Source: Podarcis filfolensis (Eukaryota). From it: 64,000 bases of DNA. A program made the translations under genes and the position numbers. The stretch lies in the NCBI GenBank assembly GCA_964270895.1, contig OZ185439.1; one strand, 5' to 3'. The notes beneath the pieces were generated by a model. It saw only the letters and a program-made list of their open reading frames with translations. It was not told the origin of the DNA and made no database searches. Of the stretch, positions 1 through 14,537 are shown one piece after another (positions within the stretch are counted from its first letter, which is position 1; every line of letters starts with the position of its first letter).

Positions 1-388
1 CTGCATTTGTGCTCTGTAAGTGTGTGCCAACATATATTTTCTCCAAATATTACAAAATAAACAAGGAAGGCTGACCCAACATTTGCCTCAAGTCCAACTG
101 GTCCACTGAATGTAGAAAGTGTGTTGCGGCATCCAGACCTGTCAACTGGCATCCAAATATGGCCCATAAAATTCTTCTTCTGAAAATTGTTTGGCATTCC
201 AAAGTACACCACTTTTTCCCCTGGTGTGATCATAACACCTTTTGCCAATTTTTTGCTTTTGTTTTGGTCCCTACAATTCATATGTACAAACAAAAATCCT
301 GTGTGTCTGAAGAAAGGCTCTTTTTTTCACATGGTAGGTAGACATTCTTGTTTTCTTACTCCTTTGAGGAATAAAATAAGGGTTCTTT
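1..388 (-). other. FGFR2: FGFR2 3' UTR (partial, continues past the left window edge)
   Basis: Lies directly after the TGA at 391-389. Minus strand of 1-65 reads TTCCTTGTTTATTTTGTAATATTTGGAGAAAATATATGTTGGCACACACTTACAGAGCACAAATGCAG, close to my recollection of the human FGFR2 3' UTR. Confidence 0.85.
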
Positions 389-553
389 TCATGTTTTGAC
401 ACTGCCGTTTATGTGCTGGTACTTAGGGAGGCAAGGTTCATAAGGCATCGGATCGGCAGAAAAAACAGAGTCATCACCTGAAGAACAGGAACTCCTTGTG
501 TCTTGGTAGCTAGGTGAATACTGTTCCAGTGGTCCACTAAGATCTAGGTACTC
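389..553 (-). CDS. FGFR2: FGFR2 terminal coding exon (C1 tail): [54 protein letters not shown]
   Basis: Acceptor cttacag at 556-554, phase 0, TGA at 391-389. Contains the PLCgamma-docking YLDL motif and the FGFR2-specific HINGSVKT end. Confidence 0.98.
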   Translation of the reverse strand, partial: EYLDLSGPLEQYSPSYQDTRSSCSSGDDSVFSADPMPYEPCLPKYQHINGSVKT

Positions 554-3500
554 CTGTAAGATAAATTCATACACGTATTTACTTTAGGAGTGTACACATT
601 TACTTTTGTGGGGTGTGTGAATGTGTGTGTGTGTGAATAATATCACATTCATATAGAAACACAAACAAAAAAAAAACAGGCTGGCACCATTCAGCATTCA
701 AAAGTAGATTTCTTGAATCAGTTCACATATCACAGTAAACCATGGTTAATAGCTCACTGTAAACATGCATAAGAGGGCTCTCTCACTTTTCCTGATCTCA
801 CTGGTGCTCTGTACCCAAAGGGTTTTTCTTGGCTTACCGGTTGTGATTTGCTGGAAGCAAAACAAACCATGATACTTGGGTTTGGATGGAATGCAAAGCC
901 ATATATTGTGGGTCATTTCATCTGCATGCAAGCATGAAGGAGCCCTCTTGAGAGCAAGCATGGTACTAACTACGGTTTACTCAAGATGTGCACACAGGGC
1001 CAGTGTCAGAACTAAGACTGTAGAAACTCAGGTTCAATCCCTACCCATCCATGATGATTTCTTTTGGGTTGCTGGCTTCATTTCTCAGCTAACTCAACTT
1101 TATATAGTAGATGTGAGGATAACACTGTAGGGAAAGAAGGCCTTAAGCTCTTTAGACGGAGAGTTGGGGGGAAGGGTAATAGCTACTCATAAAACTAGAA
1201 GTCACCAGAGGAGTGTGAAAAAGGAGCGGGGGACCCAAACCAACAAAAATGGGAATTCTGAGGCAGATGTGTCAGTTCCAACAACATCAACTTTAACCAC
1301 ACCAGTCGAGACATATACTGTAGCCACATCAAAAGCAAACATTTTGCTTACGATGATAAAAACAAAATTTCACCCTACACAGAACTATTTTTTTCCCCCA
1401 GCACATGGAAACAATTTGCAGAGAGAACAATCCTTTCTCTCCAATATCCATTTGGTTAAGCTGGCTATTTTGTATTTTATAATATCATATTTCAATTTAC
1501 ATGTGCTCAAGCAAGTAATACCCAAGTCACTGCAATACGGTACTCTAAGTATATTTTTTTGCTCACTGTAGTTGCTTCCACCAGCTTTTGTGGAACTCAA
1601 TAAACTTAGCAATGATTTTGAGCAAGCCCCAATGAAATCAGAAGGAGCATGGCACTTTCATTCAATGAGTCTAACACAGAAAACCTTCCTAGTCGCTTGT
1701 GTCCTACATTTTCATAGCTGGGGGGGGGGTTGCAAATAAAACCCAGTGATTAAGCATAGGGACCTAGGATTCTTCTTGTTGATGGCAGAGTGACCAACTC
1801 TGCCTTGTCACTGGAAAGCTGAACCAGAGCCACCAATGGAGACCTGGATTAATTATGTCTGTGACACAGCCATCTGGATTGTCTTAGCCAGAAGAGGACC
1901 ATCAAGGGTGTGGTATGTCAAAAAGGGATAGGTTTGTGAAAGTTTGGTTTTTCTATTTCCCTTTCATATATAAGGGAAAGCATACTTTGTATCCCCCATT
2001 CTATTCAGCTCCTATATGGAAAGGCCTTTTGAAAGTGGGGCATAGGATATAAGGCATAGGATCCTTGCCTTAAGATGAATTTCCAAGTCTATGGGAGCAG
2101 AGTGCTCACAATGTTACATTGGTGGACACTTTCCTTGCTACTGTATTGTGCTTTGCTTTGTACAGTCTTGTAACAGCTACATTTCTGTGTCGTTTTATTT
2201 GTCATTTGTAAATGTTTAATGAAAATAAAATAAATCTTTAAAAAGAAGAGGAAGAGGAGAAAAAGAGCTATAGTGTCAGCTGAATCTGAAGCCAGGGCTA
2301 TAGAAGTTCTTGAAACAACAGTTTTGGCAGGAGAATAAAGTTATTTTTTCTCCTTGAAATGCTGCTTCTCTTTCAACTTCTGCAGAGCAGCTGTATTCAT
2401 TTAAATACCAATCTCTTCATTTGCTAAACCACAAGTTACGATTCTAAGATGTGAAAAATCAATTTTTAAAAGCTGGGCTGCGTGCGTGCGTGTGTTTTTA
2501 ACAAATTATGTGATTTTTCTTTTTTTAAAAAAAACAACAGTGAATGTTTTCCTATTAAGACAGTGGTGGTTAATTCAATGTAAAATAAACCGGAGCATGG
2601 CACACAGCAAAAAAAAAAAGTTCATAGTACACTTTTGATCTGATGTTACTTCCATATCTTGTAAGTACTCTTTCATGTCTGGTCCCTGTGATCTCCATGT
2701 CTATTTAGAGACAATATGAATCTATCGGTATGCACAGGCTAAAATTGTGGCGCCTCTACCATCAATGGCAAATAGCCCATTGACTTCAAAAGAAGTTGTC
2801 ATTTCCTCAATATAAATTAGCATGACAGCTTTTAGGAAAAATATGGAGCGGGAAATTTCTACCACAAATGGAAGGAGAAAGCTATTGGGATACCCAGTGA
2901 AAGACTTTATCCATGTGATTCACACATATTCAACAGATCCATATATTCACTGAAGGATGGTTCAGATGACGAATTTATGTGATAATCCTTACTTGGTTGT
3001 TAGCTTCAATATGCTGCTATAGTATGACCCCCGTAGATGTGGGGAAGTCCATGCAGCTCACAATTTACCATGGAAGACAATCCATGATAGCTGGTATTCA
3101 AGGGTGTACTACTTCAAAAATAAATACCAACCTGGGAAGAAACTCCATTTCAAATTAAAATGCAAGCCTAAGAAATTTTATAATTTGTGGGTTCAACAGA
3201 ATCTCCAATACTGTTTCTCATCTACAATACTTAACTGATCTTGGTGCTGTGTTCAGACTGTGTACATATATGGAAATCAGAATCAAACTGCAGTGCACTT
3301 TAACACTGAAAAAGGATTCTCACTGGCTGGGAGTATAGGAAGAGATTAATACACTGAATGCACCTCTTTTAGTTTATCCATAGAAATTAATGGTTGTTTT
3401 TCAGATACTTGGACATGGTTGTAGTGTGGGCAAAACCAGTGCTCAGTGCTTTGTACTCTGTGAACAGGGATTCCACCAGGATATGTGTGCAATGTGTATT

Positions 3501-3644
3501 GTGCATAACTTGTGCAAGTGCCCTTCATTGTCAGGGGCCTTGCAACGCACAAACACTCCTTAACATACCTTGCAATAGGCATGTTCTCATTTAAGATGCT
3601 CCTTATAACAATGAAAGCATTTTGCTTGTTCTTTCAGAAGTTTA

Positions 3645-3788
<144 letters not shown>

Positions 3789-4534
3789 TCATTGTGTTAA
3801 TTAACTCAATGTGTCTATGTCAGGCATCTTCCATATTCACAATACTTCAGGGCTGTTCAGTTAAAGTCAGGGTGTGTTCACATGTTACAGTCTGGAGTAT
3901 TTAAGATGCATGCATTATGAACGATGGTGATTTCCATTGATGCTTATTCGTATTCTACATATACAATTATTATTATTATTATTATTATTATTATCATCAT
4001 CCTTAGTAGCCTATGTTCTGTCTTTTGAAATGAAGCTCAAGGCAGCTCACAGGGGAGAATTTGAGTAACCATTATGTGAAGCATACACTAGGCAAACCAA
4101 GAATGGTTCTTGTGGAAATTATTTCACCATTTGTAAATACAAAAGTTCATTTGTTTGACAGTGTTTGCACTCTCAGCAGTTTTACTGTTTTACTGATCAA
4201 TTTAATATACAAATTTATTGCATTTCAGTGGTATTGTATCTTGCTTTAGGACTATTTTAGAATAAACCAACAAACCATTTGCCTAAAAACAAATCCTTCA
4301 TGCTGATATCTAAAAGCCTGAGGGATTGGCCAAGGGGTATATTTCGGAGCATTGTTAAGCGACACAACTTCTCCCACCCCCACCCCAGGCTCAGGCAATT
4401 TGTGAATCTGTATTTGAACCACAGTGTTGGAGCATTCATATAACTCTAAGAGAGCCATCCAAACCCAATATCGGCTGGGATTAGTGATTTTGAAATAGGT
4501 GGCTCTTCAACTGAATTATGACCATAACTAAGTT

Positions 4535-4612
4535 GTTGTTGTTGTTGTTGTTTCGTCGTGTCCGACTCTTTGTGACCCCATGGACCAGAGCATGCCAGGC
4601 ACTCCTGTCTTC
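4535..4612 (-). mobile_element. BovB (RTE LINE) extreme 3' fragment with (CAA)n tail
   Basis: Nearly identical to 63161-63230. Flanked by an imperfect 11-bp duplication ATAACTAAGTT (4524-4534) / ATGACTAAGTT (4613-4623). Confidence 0.85.
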
Positions 4613-6179
4613 ATGACTAAGTTAGGTCCATTAATTTCTATGGGTCTACTCTGAGTAAAACATAGTGGAATGCTACCTTAAGTTTCTTTTAAAAAAAAGT
4701 GGTGAGGCTTCTCCATCCCCTTTACTTTTCTCTCTTGCCAGTTGTATAGCCTGTTCCAGCACCGGCTTTGTTCAGTGACAGTCATACAGCTCCATTTCCA
4801 GCCCCAGGCTTGAGAATCACAGGATCACTATCCACACTCTTTCAAATACATTATATGGGGATGAGCTAGGACATTACTGGCATTAGACTGGGGCTGTTTC
4901 ATGCATAGCGCTAAAGATGAAACATGTTCCTATAATTGCCTGGAAGGCCCCACATATTGGGCCACAGCATATAAGTGAGCAGAAATCACGAGTTCCACTG
5001 CTGGTTACTTGATGAATATGTGAACCATATGCTGTGCTTAAAACGGGTCTGGAAAGCAACTTTGGGATGTATGAGACAGGTGCATGAGTAAATACTTTAA
5101 ATTTAAAAAAAGCCTGTAGGGTTTTCAGACCCTGTACAAATACTTCAGACAAGATATACTCTTGCATGATTCAAGTGAGATAGTGGGTAGAAGGCCTGCT
5201 GTTGATGGTTCTCTGGCTAGATGTGGGTGAAAAAAGATCACTAGGGTGAGGAGTTCCAACTTAGGAAAGGACAAGCATGTACTTAACTGTAAAGTGCTAC
5301 ATAAATGTGGTGGAATACATTTGCCCAGCTAAGGTTGGGCAAAATGCAAATTGATGACTGAGGGTATCTATTTCATGTCCCTCTGCTTAGGGCACTGTCT
5401 AAGTCAGGTCTTCTTAAAACAAATGGTGCCACCACCACCCCTCCCCAATGAATCATTAATCACTCCTGAGATCCACCTAGACAACCCCCCTATGGCCAGT
5501 TCAAAGAAGCCAAAGTGGGCAAGGGTCAAGGAAGCAGGTGGTCAGCCACACTTCTTCAAGCAGCTTGTCTACATCCTTGGGTTGCAATAATTTAATATAA
5601 TATTCTAATATATAATAATTTGTCTAAATATGGCAGGTGAGCACTGTGGATGGAAACCAAGCCATTCAAGGCCAGTACCACTACCCCACCCACTGCTAAA
5701 AAGCCATCTGAGGGCCTAGAAGAAAAATGGTTGACCACCCTGGGTATGTGTAGAACATGCGTGTTGAGAGGGCATCAGCAGCACTGTGCTGAGGGCCCCT
5801 GAAGTCTGCAGCTGGACCTGGTCTAAGTGCAACTCAAACAAAAAGATCAACTTATTGAGGTGTACTTTTGGCAGGTCCACAATGGACTGCATAATTAAAA
5901 CTTTCCCAAATCATACGCTTCCTGTTCACATTGCTTAAAATATGCAGTATCGGACATGTGATGTTTATCCTGGCTTTTAACAGCTGAGATGTGTATTTTC
6001 AGGACCCTCCCTGTTCCTGTGTCTGATTCGTTTCATCTCTTTTAATACTCATTTTTGAACCTGCCCTGTGTGCACATGCATATAACATTATAGCACACGA
6101 CAATATTTATCATATAAATATTGTCGATTATATCAGCACATCCCTCTTCAGCCCATGGCCCAGCAAGAAAGAGTTCTTA

Positions 6180-6392
<213 letters not shown>

Positions 6393-6734
6393 CTACCTAC
6401 CTTATGATCTGAGCAGCAAAGTTGTTTAACGCTACTTTCCTTGCTTGTTTTCCTCTTTCTGGCGGCAGATGAATAATGAGAGCTATCCATCTACCTTTCC
6501 ATTTTTTACCAATCCTACAGAAACCAATAATCTAACCCCCCTCCAAATATAAAAATCATTTTGTTTGAGGAAGTACCGGTACTTCATGATGAAAACAAAC
6601 AAAAACAGAGAAATGTTGGGGGTGACTCAGTTCTATTGCTAAAAATTTAGCAGATCTGCTTCTGCAAACAACCTGGATGGAAAACCTCTGGGAATCACAC
6701 AGAAACTGCTCTGAGTGCCTTGGGCGAAGAGTAT

Positions 6735-6850
6735 GGCAGGGCCAGTTGAAGTACAACTCCCATCAGCCCCAGCCAATGTGGCCAATAGGCAGGAGTGATG
6801 GAAGTAGTAGTCCAACAGCATATGGAGGGAACCACGTTGACTGCCCCATA
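6735..6850. mobile_element. Degenerate palindromic hAT-type MITE (TACAACTCCCATCA family)
   Basis: Shares gtacaactcccatcagccccagcc...gatggaagtagtagtcc with the copy at 20366-20472. Ends not resolved. Confidence 0.55.
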
Positions 6851-7920
6851 ATAACACACACATATGAGAGAGACAAAGAGACACAACCAGAACCACGGAA
6901 TCATGGGATGTAAGTAGGGTCCGGCTGAATCTGATCCAAATATAAGCAACCTGTTCCATGGTTACAATCCAAACCATATTTGCTTGCAGATACGTCTCGA
7001 CAATCCATAAAGGCAGGACTGCGTAAGGCAATGGCATTTGTGTGTGATCTGCTATCAGAGGCTGATGTGCACCCATTATATAAGTCTGATCAGCCCAAAG
7101 GTGGCATGAATACAACAAATATGTGCACCAGACATTTGCATGGGATTCTGAAACAGACAAGGACTAGCATGGGAAACAGACTGTTTTGACTATTTTGCTT
7201 CTTGTCCAAATGTATCTGCAATTCTGAGGAAGCCCTTGGAGTCACAGATTTACGAACAATTAACAGCAACTCAAGTCTTAGTGTCTCCATGCTTTGGTTC
7301 AGAAAATGCTCCAACCAAACCATTTAAAACAATGCTTCAGAGCTGCACATCTGTAAAGAAGGTTCAAGGGAAGTAAACTTCCGCACTGGCAAGAGGAAGC
7401 CAGTGTTTTCTACCTTTCATGTGCTTTGAAGCCAGCCAGATTAGTAACAGAGCACTGGTCTGCAGTCTTCCAGAAAATCCTCACTTTCTAAGGCTACCAC
7501 TTACTGGGGAATAAAACGGCAGCCACAGGTCTCAGGAAGTATAAAGGAGGGGAAAATAATATAAAATCTACCAAAGTGAGGTCAACAATATTGCTGAAAG
7601 AATGAGTCCATGAGGCAGCAATGAGATTGAAAATATCCATTGTTTTCTTTGGTTCTGAAGTTTTCCATGGTAATTTTTTAAAAAACAAAAAAGCCTTTGC
7701 AAAAAAACAAAGCACAAAAAGCTTTTCTTTCCAGCTTTTTAACCTGCCGGAATAAAGGTGTCTGGCTTGTAGTAAATTAATTTACCTTGGTGGATCAAAG
7801 GTTGAGAGACATATTTTAATCTGTTGCATATATATTTCTATTACATGTAATTCAAGTACACTGGAAGAAGCTATAAATGAATAAAAAGATAAAAGTAAGG
7901 TTCTAAGATAAAGTTACTTA

Positions 7921-8022
<102 letters not shown>

Positions 8023-9263
8023 TTATCTACTGATCATTAGTCAATTTCAGCAATGAATCTGGCAAAGATTAAGTCAAGCTGCAATACTAAATTTTGCTAA
8101 AGCAAATTAACAGTTCCATGAAAAATAAGAAAATGCAGCCCCTCTTTCCTTAGTCTCCTGGCTCATTAACATAGCTGTGATTCTCATTAACTTCTATAGA
8201 ATGAGAATTTTAAAATGTCTTATTCAGAATTGAAAGAATCAGAAAGTCCAGCTCTGCCACAGCTTCCACCCCACCAAGGCACCATTCCCTAATCATCAGC
8301 ACTCTGCAGAACCTGTTTAATACAGGGAACGCTTTACTTTGCTGTATTCAAGCATACTCAGGGGTAAAAAAAATTAAAAACCAAAATGTTGGAATATGCC
8401 CTTGTGCTGGCAGCAACCATTTTGCATGGGGATTCCAATTCCTGGCCCCCGCACACACTGCATTAGCCTGCCCCTGTTCTGCCCTCTGCTAGGTCCAAAA
8501 GGATTGTGTGTCAGTTGGACAAACACAAAATGGTCGCCGCCTGTTTAGCAGTTCCTCTCCTCAACCAAAGTCAAATAGTCCTTCTCAGTGTCACATGCCC
8601 ACAGACTGGATCTGTTCAATGCCTAAATGGGAGACCAATGGGAGACCACCGATGTAAAGAACCCTGATTTCTGTGCTGGAAAGAAGATACAATATAAATG
8701 TACTAAATAAATAAGTTAACTAAAATGACAGCTGACCCAGAAATATGATTCATGTGAATGACCACGCAGGGGCATCTAGTATAATGTGCAAGAGAAGCCC
8801 CACATGTTAGGCCTTTTCTATATAGATTTAATCACTACTTTGTATGCTAAGAGATCCTGTTGCTTTTTAAAAAAAAAAAAAAAAACAGAATAAGCTGCTA
8901 TCCACAGTGAAGGCATGCTATTTAAATGGGGAGTGCTTGTTATTTAACCAGCGGATTGCCAAGAATGTCATAAGCTTCTGCTGAAATGTGGGTAATAAAA
9001 GACTTCTACAAAACTAAAACCAAATGTTAGTAATTTCATAATGGATACATTCCACAAAATTATCCATTGATTACAAAAAGCCAAATTTATATTCATATTC
9101 AGTATCTAGCTAACAGTCAAAGAATGTGCTGCAAGTTTCATGGAGGCCATAAAACGAAAAAGGCTAAAGCTTATCCTTTAGAAAGCATCATGTAACACAT
9201 ACTCTCCCAGCCGGTGTAAGCAGATAACCTTCCTTTCCTAGTAAAAAGGGGTTAGGAATCCTA

Positions 9264-9554
<291 letters not shown>

Positions 9555-12500
9555 TCACAGAAGTGAGTACACACATCCCATCTGCAACCCGATTCCCAAC
9601 TTGATAAACCTTCAGCCATCAGAATTCACACTGCTTCATTCAGGTACACACAGTCAGGGACAGATGTGAAGGCTCAGAGAAAAATGGAATCATTCCAGAA
9701 AAAGTAGGGGTTTCCCCCCGTTTTTAAAAAGCACTTCTCTCCAACACCCCCCAAAAAATGTAAAACATTTTTGAATTATGAAACGTTTTCTTTTAAAATG
9801 ATGAACAAAAGAAGACAAGGAGTTCATATATTTAGTCCCTCAAAACTAAAATGGTGTAACACAAAGACTTTTGTATTAAATTATGCACAGATCACTACAA
9901 TTTGTTTATGCTGCTGACAAGCAAGTCCTGAGTTGTACACTGAGAGTACACAACTCAAAAATGCAAGAGCAAGACACATTTCTGGCTCTTAGAGGGCACT
10001 GCCATTGTGATCTTCCTTCATTTGGTGTAGTTGATGGAACTGTTTCTGTCCTCTGGACTATGCCTCAAAGCATTGGGAGTGGAAGGAAGTACAGAACAAC
10101 ATAATTTTGTGGCCATCTGATTCCTGCTGCTATAATCTGACCCTCCCCACTATTTCTCTCAGCTGTGCTTCTGCACCTGGGAAAAAAACATTGCTGGGAG
10201 ACTTCAGAAAGGGTGAGGAGGTAGGGAATGCAGGTGGAAACTAAATGACATGTGGCAACCACTTGAAGGCAGGTTTTGTTTTAAAGCATAGAAAACAATT
10301 CCCATTGCCCAACTTTCTATACTTAAAACACATATGTCAGAAGACAATTCACTCATGTTAAAGCTTTCTGGGAAGATGGTTTCAACATCCCTAAAAATAG
10401 TCAAGCAACATGTACCAAAGGCTCCAGAAATACTGTCATTTCTCCTAGGAAGCCAGTCTAAAGTCTCCTGCCACTTAAAACCTGCTGATTTTATCTTTCG
10501 CCATTAAAGCACAGCTCTGCAATAGTATACAGTGATACCAAGTAATTATTTTCCACTGCTTTTATGAGAGCGTTTAAAATACTGCAAGATAGCAATCAAA
10601 TCTTTCCCTTAGTGACTACTAGAGAAATCTCTAAGAAAATGCACTTGAAAACTCACAACTCTGTTTTATGCTGCGAAAGGAGACCATCCTTCAACTGAAT
10701 CAAATGTTTAAAACGGTACATTAAATTGTATCATACGGCTCCTGAAATAGCTTCTCAATGACTTCCACTATAAACCCTGTTCGTATGGACTTAACAACTT
10801 CTAAGTTACATTAGAACAGGATTTCAAGTTAACATGTGCAGTCAGAGTGGCTACTTTTTGCAGAAGTATATAAAAATAAAACAACTATATTCTCTACCCC
10901 ACCCCCCAAAAAGGCTGAAATGTAGCACATTTGTGCCCTCTGAGATATCCAGCATACTAGCTGACTGGCATTTTGAAACCAAGTTACCAACTTTTAAAAA
11001 ACTAACATTTTGTAGAAAACGTAAATAATGAAATTTGAAAGTGGTCTCCTACACCCTTAACCTTCTTTCCTCCCTTCACGTCAGCACCTTTTTGAAAATG
11101 CACAATTGACCTTTCTTGACTCAGAAAGGAAGTTCTGCCTGCTGATGGAAACCATAGCTTGCTTTAAGCTTTTCTGTCATTAGTAATAAGAGGCAGCAGG
11201 AGAAACATATTGTGAAACTTTCTACTCGATTTTTCTTCTCTCCTTTTGGTCCAGGATATCATACTTCCACAGCAAACACTACCTGCTCTTATTGATGGAC
11301 TTTTTAAACAGAAAGTATTCTTTGTCATGTTATTTCTTTTAACCAAATCCGAATCACAAGGTGCAGGTCTGGCTTTGAGCCACTAAAAAAAACAAAACCC
11401 ATAAAATAAAACATTCCAGCAACATCAAGATCTAAATTAGAAATTATTAGAATGCCATTAAATTCCAGAAGAATAGTTACATCACAACAAAAACAGTGGT
11501 CCAGTTTGCACATTATGGTAATGTTTTGCTCCCCCTTAATCTCACAGGGAAGGAACAAACTATGAACCTTGGCCGAGTGTCAAGTCAGAACTAGTGCTGC
11601 GCTAAGCGTTTTTTTCCTGCGTTCAAAAACGTCAATGAAATTCACATGGTGGGGTGCAGAGGGTTTATGTCACCTTACTTTTGAGGTGGCCGAGACTGTG
11701 AATGGGCCTTTCTTTCATCCTACAAATCATTTTCAAAATGACAGTGGCAGATCTAGATCTCGGGGTCTCAAATTTCAGTGGCGCCCTGGGCAACGCCATA
11801 ATCAGCATCTCCTTGCCTCTCACGCTCCGTTCTAAATCATAGCTGTGGCATCCCCCTCCCCCGTGGGTCCAGTGCAATCAAACCAGCCGTGCTCCCCTAA
11901 ATCCACCTTTTGATTGCACAGTCTTGCTGGTGCAGCACATTACATGACTCCCAGAAGCAGTAAGACCCTTTTAAACCTTACAGTTTTTTTCAGTTCTAGG
12001 AAGCATTTTTCAATGATTTCTATCTATCCACCACAGTCAAGCCGAAGGAGTATTAAAGGGGAGGAAGAGGGACTTTTCTTTCGCTTACCAGTCCCACAAG
12101 GCTGCGTGGTGATATAAAGAAATAAACATTATTTCATTACAAGTTTAACTGCCTGATAAAATCTGTTGCATTTGCATTTTTTTTATTTAATGTCATGTTA
12201 TAAAGATGACAACTGGACACGCTGAATTTCTCAGTGTATTTCTGTTCCTGGATGGTAAGAACATCCTGAAAATATAAACTTTTATTATTTCTGCCCTAAG
12301 GATCAAGTAAGGGTATGGGGAAGCTGGTGAAATGTCAATATTAAGCTGTTTGAAGAATCAGAATGTATTTCTCAGATGTGACTATCTGTTTAATGCCTTG
12401 CACTCTCAAAACCTTCCATTATGCTGGTCCATTTCAGTTCTTTTTGGGGGGGGTTGGCATTCATTCAAGGATGTGGTTTCTCCTTCTCTAGGGCAGAAGA

Positions 12501-13977
12501 TACGTGCAGCTGCATTTCTCTATTTAAACAGCTGAAGTTGGCTTGCATGCTAAAAAGACAATGACCATGTTCCCACACGATGCTAAACCATGGTTTGGCA
12601 CTATGTGCACAAGCACAGCATCCAAAAAATGGAATGTCTGCCTGCAAAATTTAAATACAGACTAAAATATTTAGAAAATATCACTTCTGGTGTAACAAGC
12701 AACTCACATAAAGGAACCTTGATTAGCATGTGCTAGTACACAATGCTGTAGTCGACAACAAAGCCAGTTATGTTCTGTCTGACTCAGTTACTAAGAAAGC
12801 TGGCCTTGCACCTCCACCATCGTCCTTATTTAGTCTATTAAGCAGAGGCCTACCCTGTATTTACAGGCACAGGAAAATTGAAGGTTTAGCTGTGGAGGAA
12901 TCTGCCAAATAGGGATCTCCAAGGATTGAATATCAAAATGATGCTATTACAGTTAGTTTTCTCAGCAGGCAAATATTTTAAGTGAAGACAAATGACTAAT
13001 TTGCTCACAGGATTGCTGCTGCTTCTTTTCACCAATTAGCCAATGCCGGCAGATGGAATTCCCTTCAAACCTCTTGGGAAATGAATGCTGCTCTCTTTCA
13101 TATTCAGTAAGTTAGTAAACTGTTTGGGCTTTAGTTTAATAAGGCAAATCTCAAGGTTATGCTTTTGTTGCCTGGCTAAACAGCTCACAGTTTATCCACA
13201 TCAATATTGGAATTCATGAATATCTAAGTTCATTTTCTGATATTGTTTGCCGAATAATGATTTCTTTGTTCTGTCTTTAAAAGAAACCTTAGCCAGCATA
13301 ACCTGGCATTTGATTACTTACTCATACATTTGCTTCCAAATTAAATGCAGCTCTTTACTGGAGCCTCTATGAACAATTCTGCTAGTAAAAATGCCTATTA
13401 ATATTAAAATAGCTGAAGCTGCCATTCAAATGGATCAAAATGAAAAACTTGGAAAAGAAGGAGTGGACAAGTTATTTAGCTCTAAGGGTTACTTGCTTTT
13501 ATTTATTAATTTTGCAGCCCTGATCAACCTAATTTGCAAAATATTCTATGACTATTGCCAACTGCATTTGGAAATGCTCTGCAATTCCACTAGAGGTTTC
13601 TCCTCCTATTCCCCTACAGTTCCACCTTTCCTGCATCATCCGGAACAGGATTTCCCCTAGATTTCCAGAGTTGACTCCCTCACCTTCTACCAGAGGAATA
13701 ATCACTGGAATTTAGAATGCAATACCCATTTGCCCAAATAGTTAAGAACACTGCTATTGTCTCTGGGCCTGAGCTATGCCCATAAGCTTGATGTAACACT
13801 GGGACAGTATATGAGTATAAAACTCAGAATGTGTTGTGACATTCAGGATGCCAATCTTATGTTTCAGATCTGTTTCTTCAAAAATGCAATTTGTAGATGG
13901 AAGGAAGGGAGGGAGGGAAGAGGAAGGAAGGAAGGAAGGAGCAAGCTCATTTAGTAACACAAAGCTGTCATCTTTCA

Positions 13978-14313
<336 letters not shown>

Positions 14314-14332
14314 TCAAAATGTTACTGCCATG

Positions 14333-14537
14333 TATTTATTTAGAAAATAAGTTCATTCTCTCTGTTCTACAAGTAGCATGTTTATTTTTTAATTAGACTT
14401 CTCACCTGCCCTTCACAGGTTGCAACAATATAATATTTATTTAGAAAATAAGTTCATTCTATCTGTAGTACAAGCAGCATGTTTATTTTTTAATTAGACA
14501 TCTCACCTGCCCTTCACAGGTTGCAACAATATAATAT
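14333..14537. repeat. Tandem duplication, two copies of a 101-bp unit
   Basis: tagaaaataagttcattct starts at 14341 and again at 14442; only a few substitutions between units. Confidence 0.95.

Noticed and set aside
6639-7160. 173-aa minus-strand ORF
   Set aside because: Overlaps a MITE relic, has no homology I recognise, and has no phase-compatible exon boundaries.
11742-11905. CpG-richer patch resembling an internal promoter
   Set aside because: Ends cagtggcagatctag / cctaaatccacc look like a decayed MITE; too short for a CpG island.
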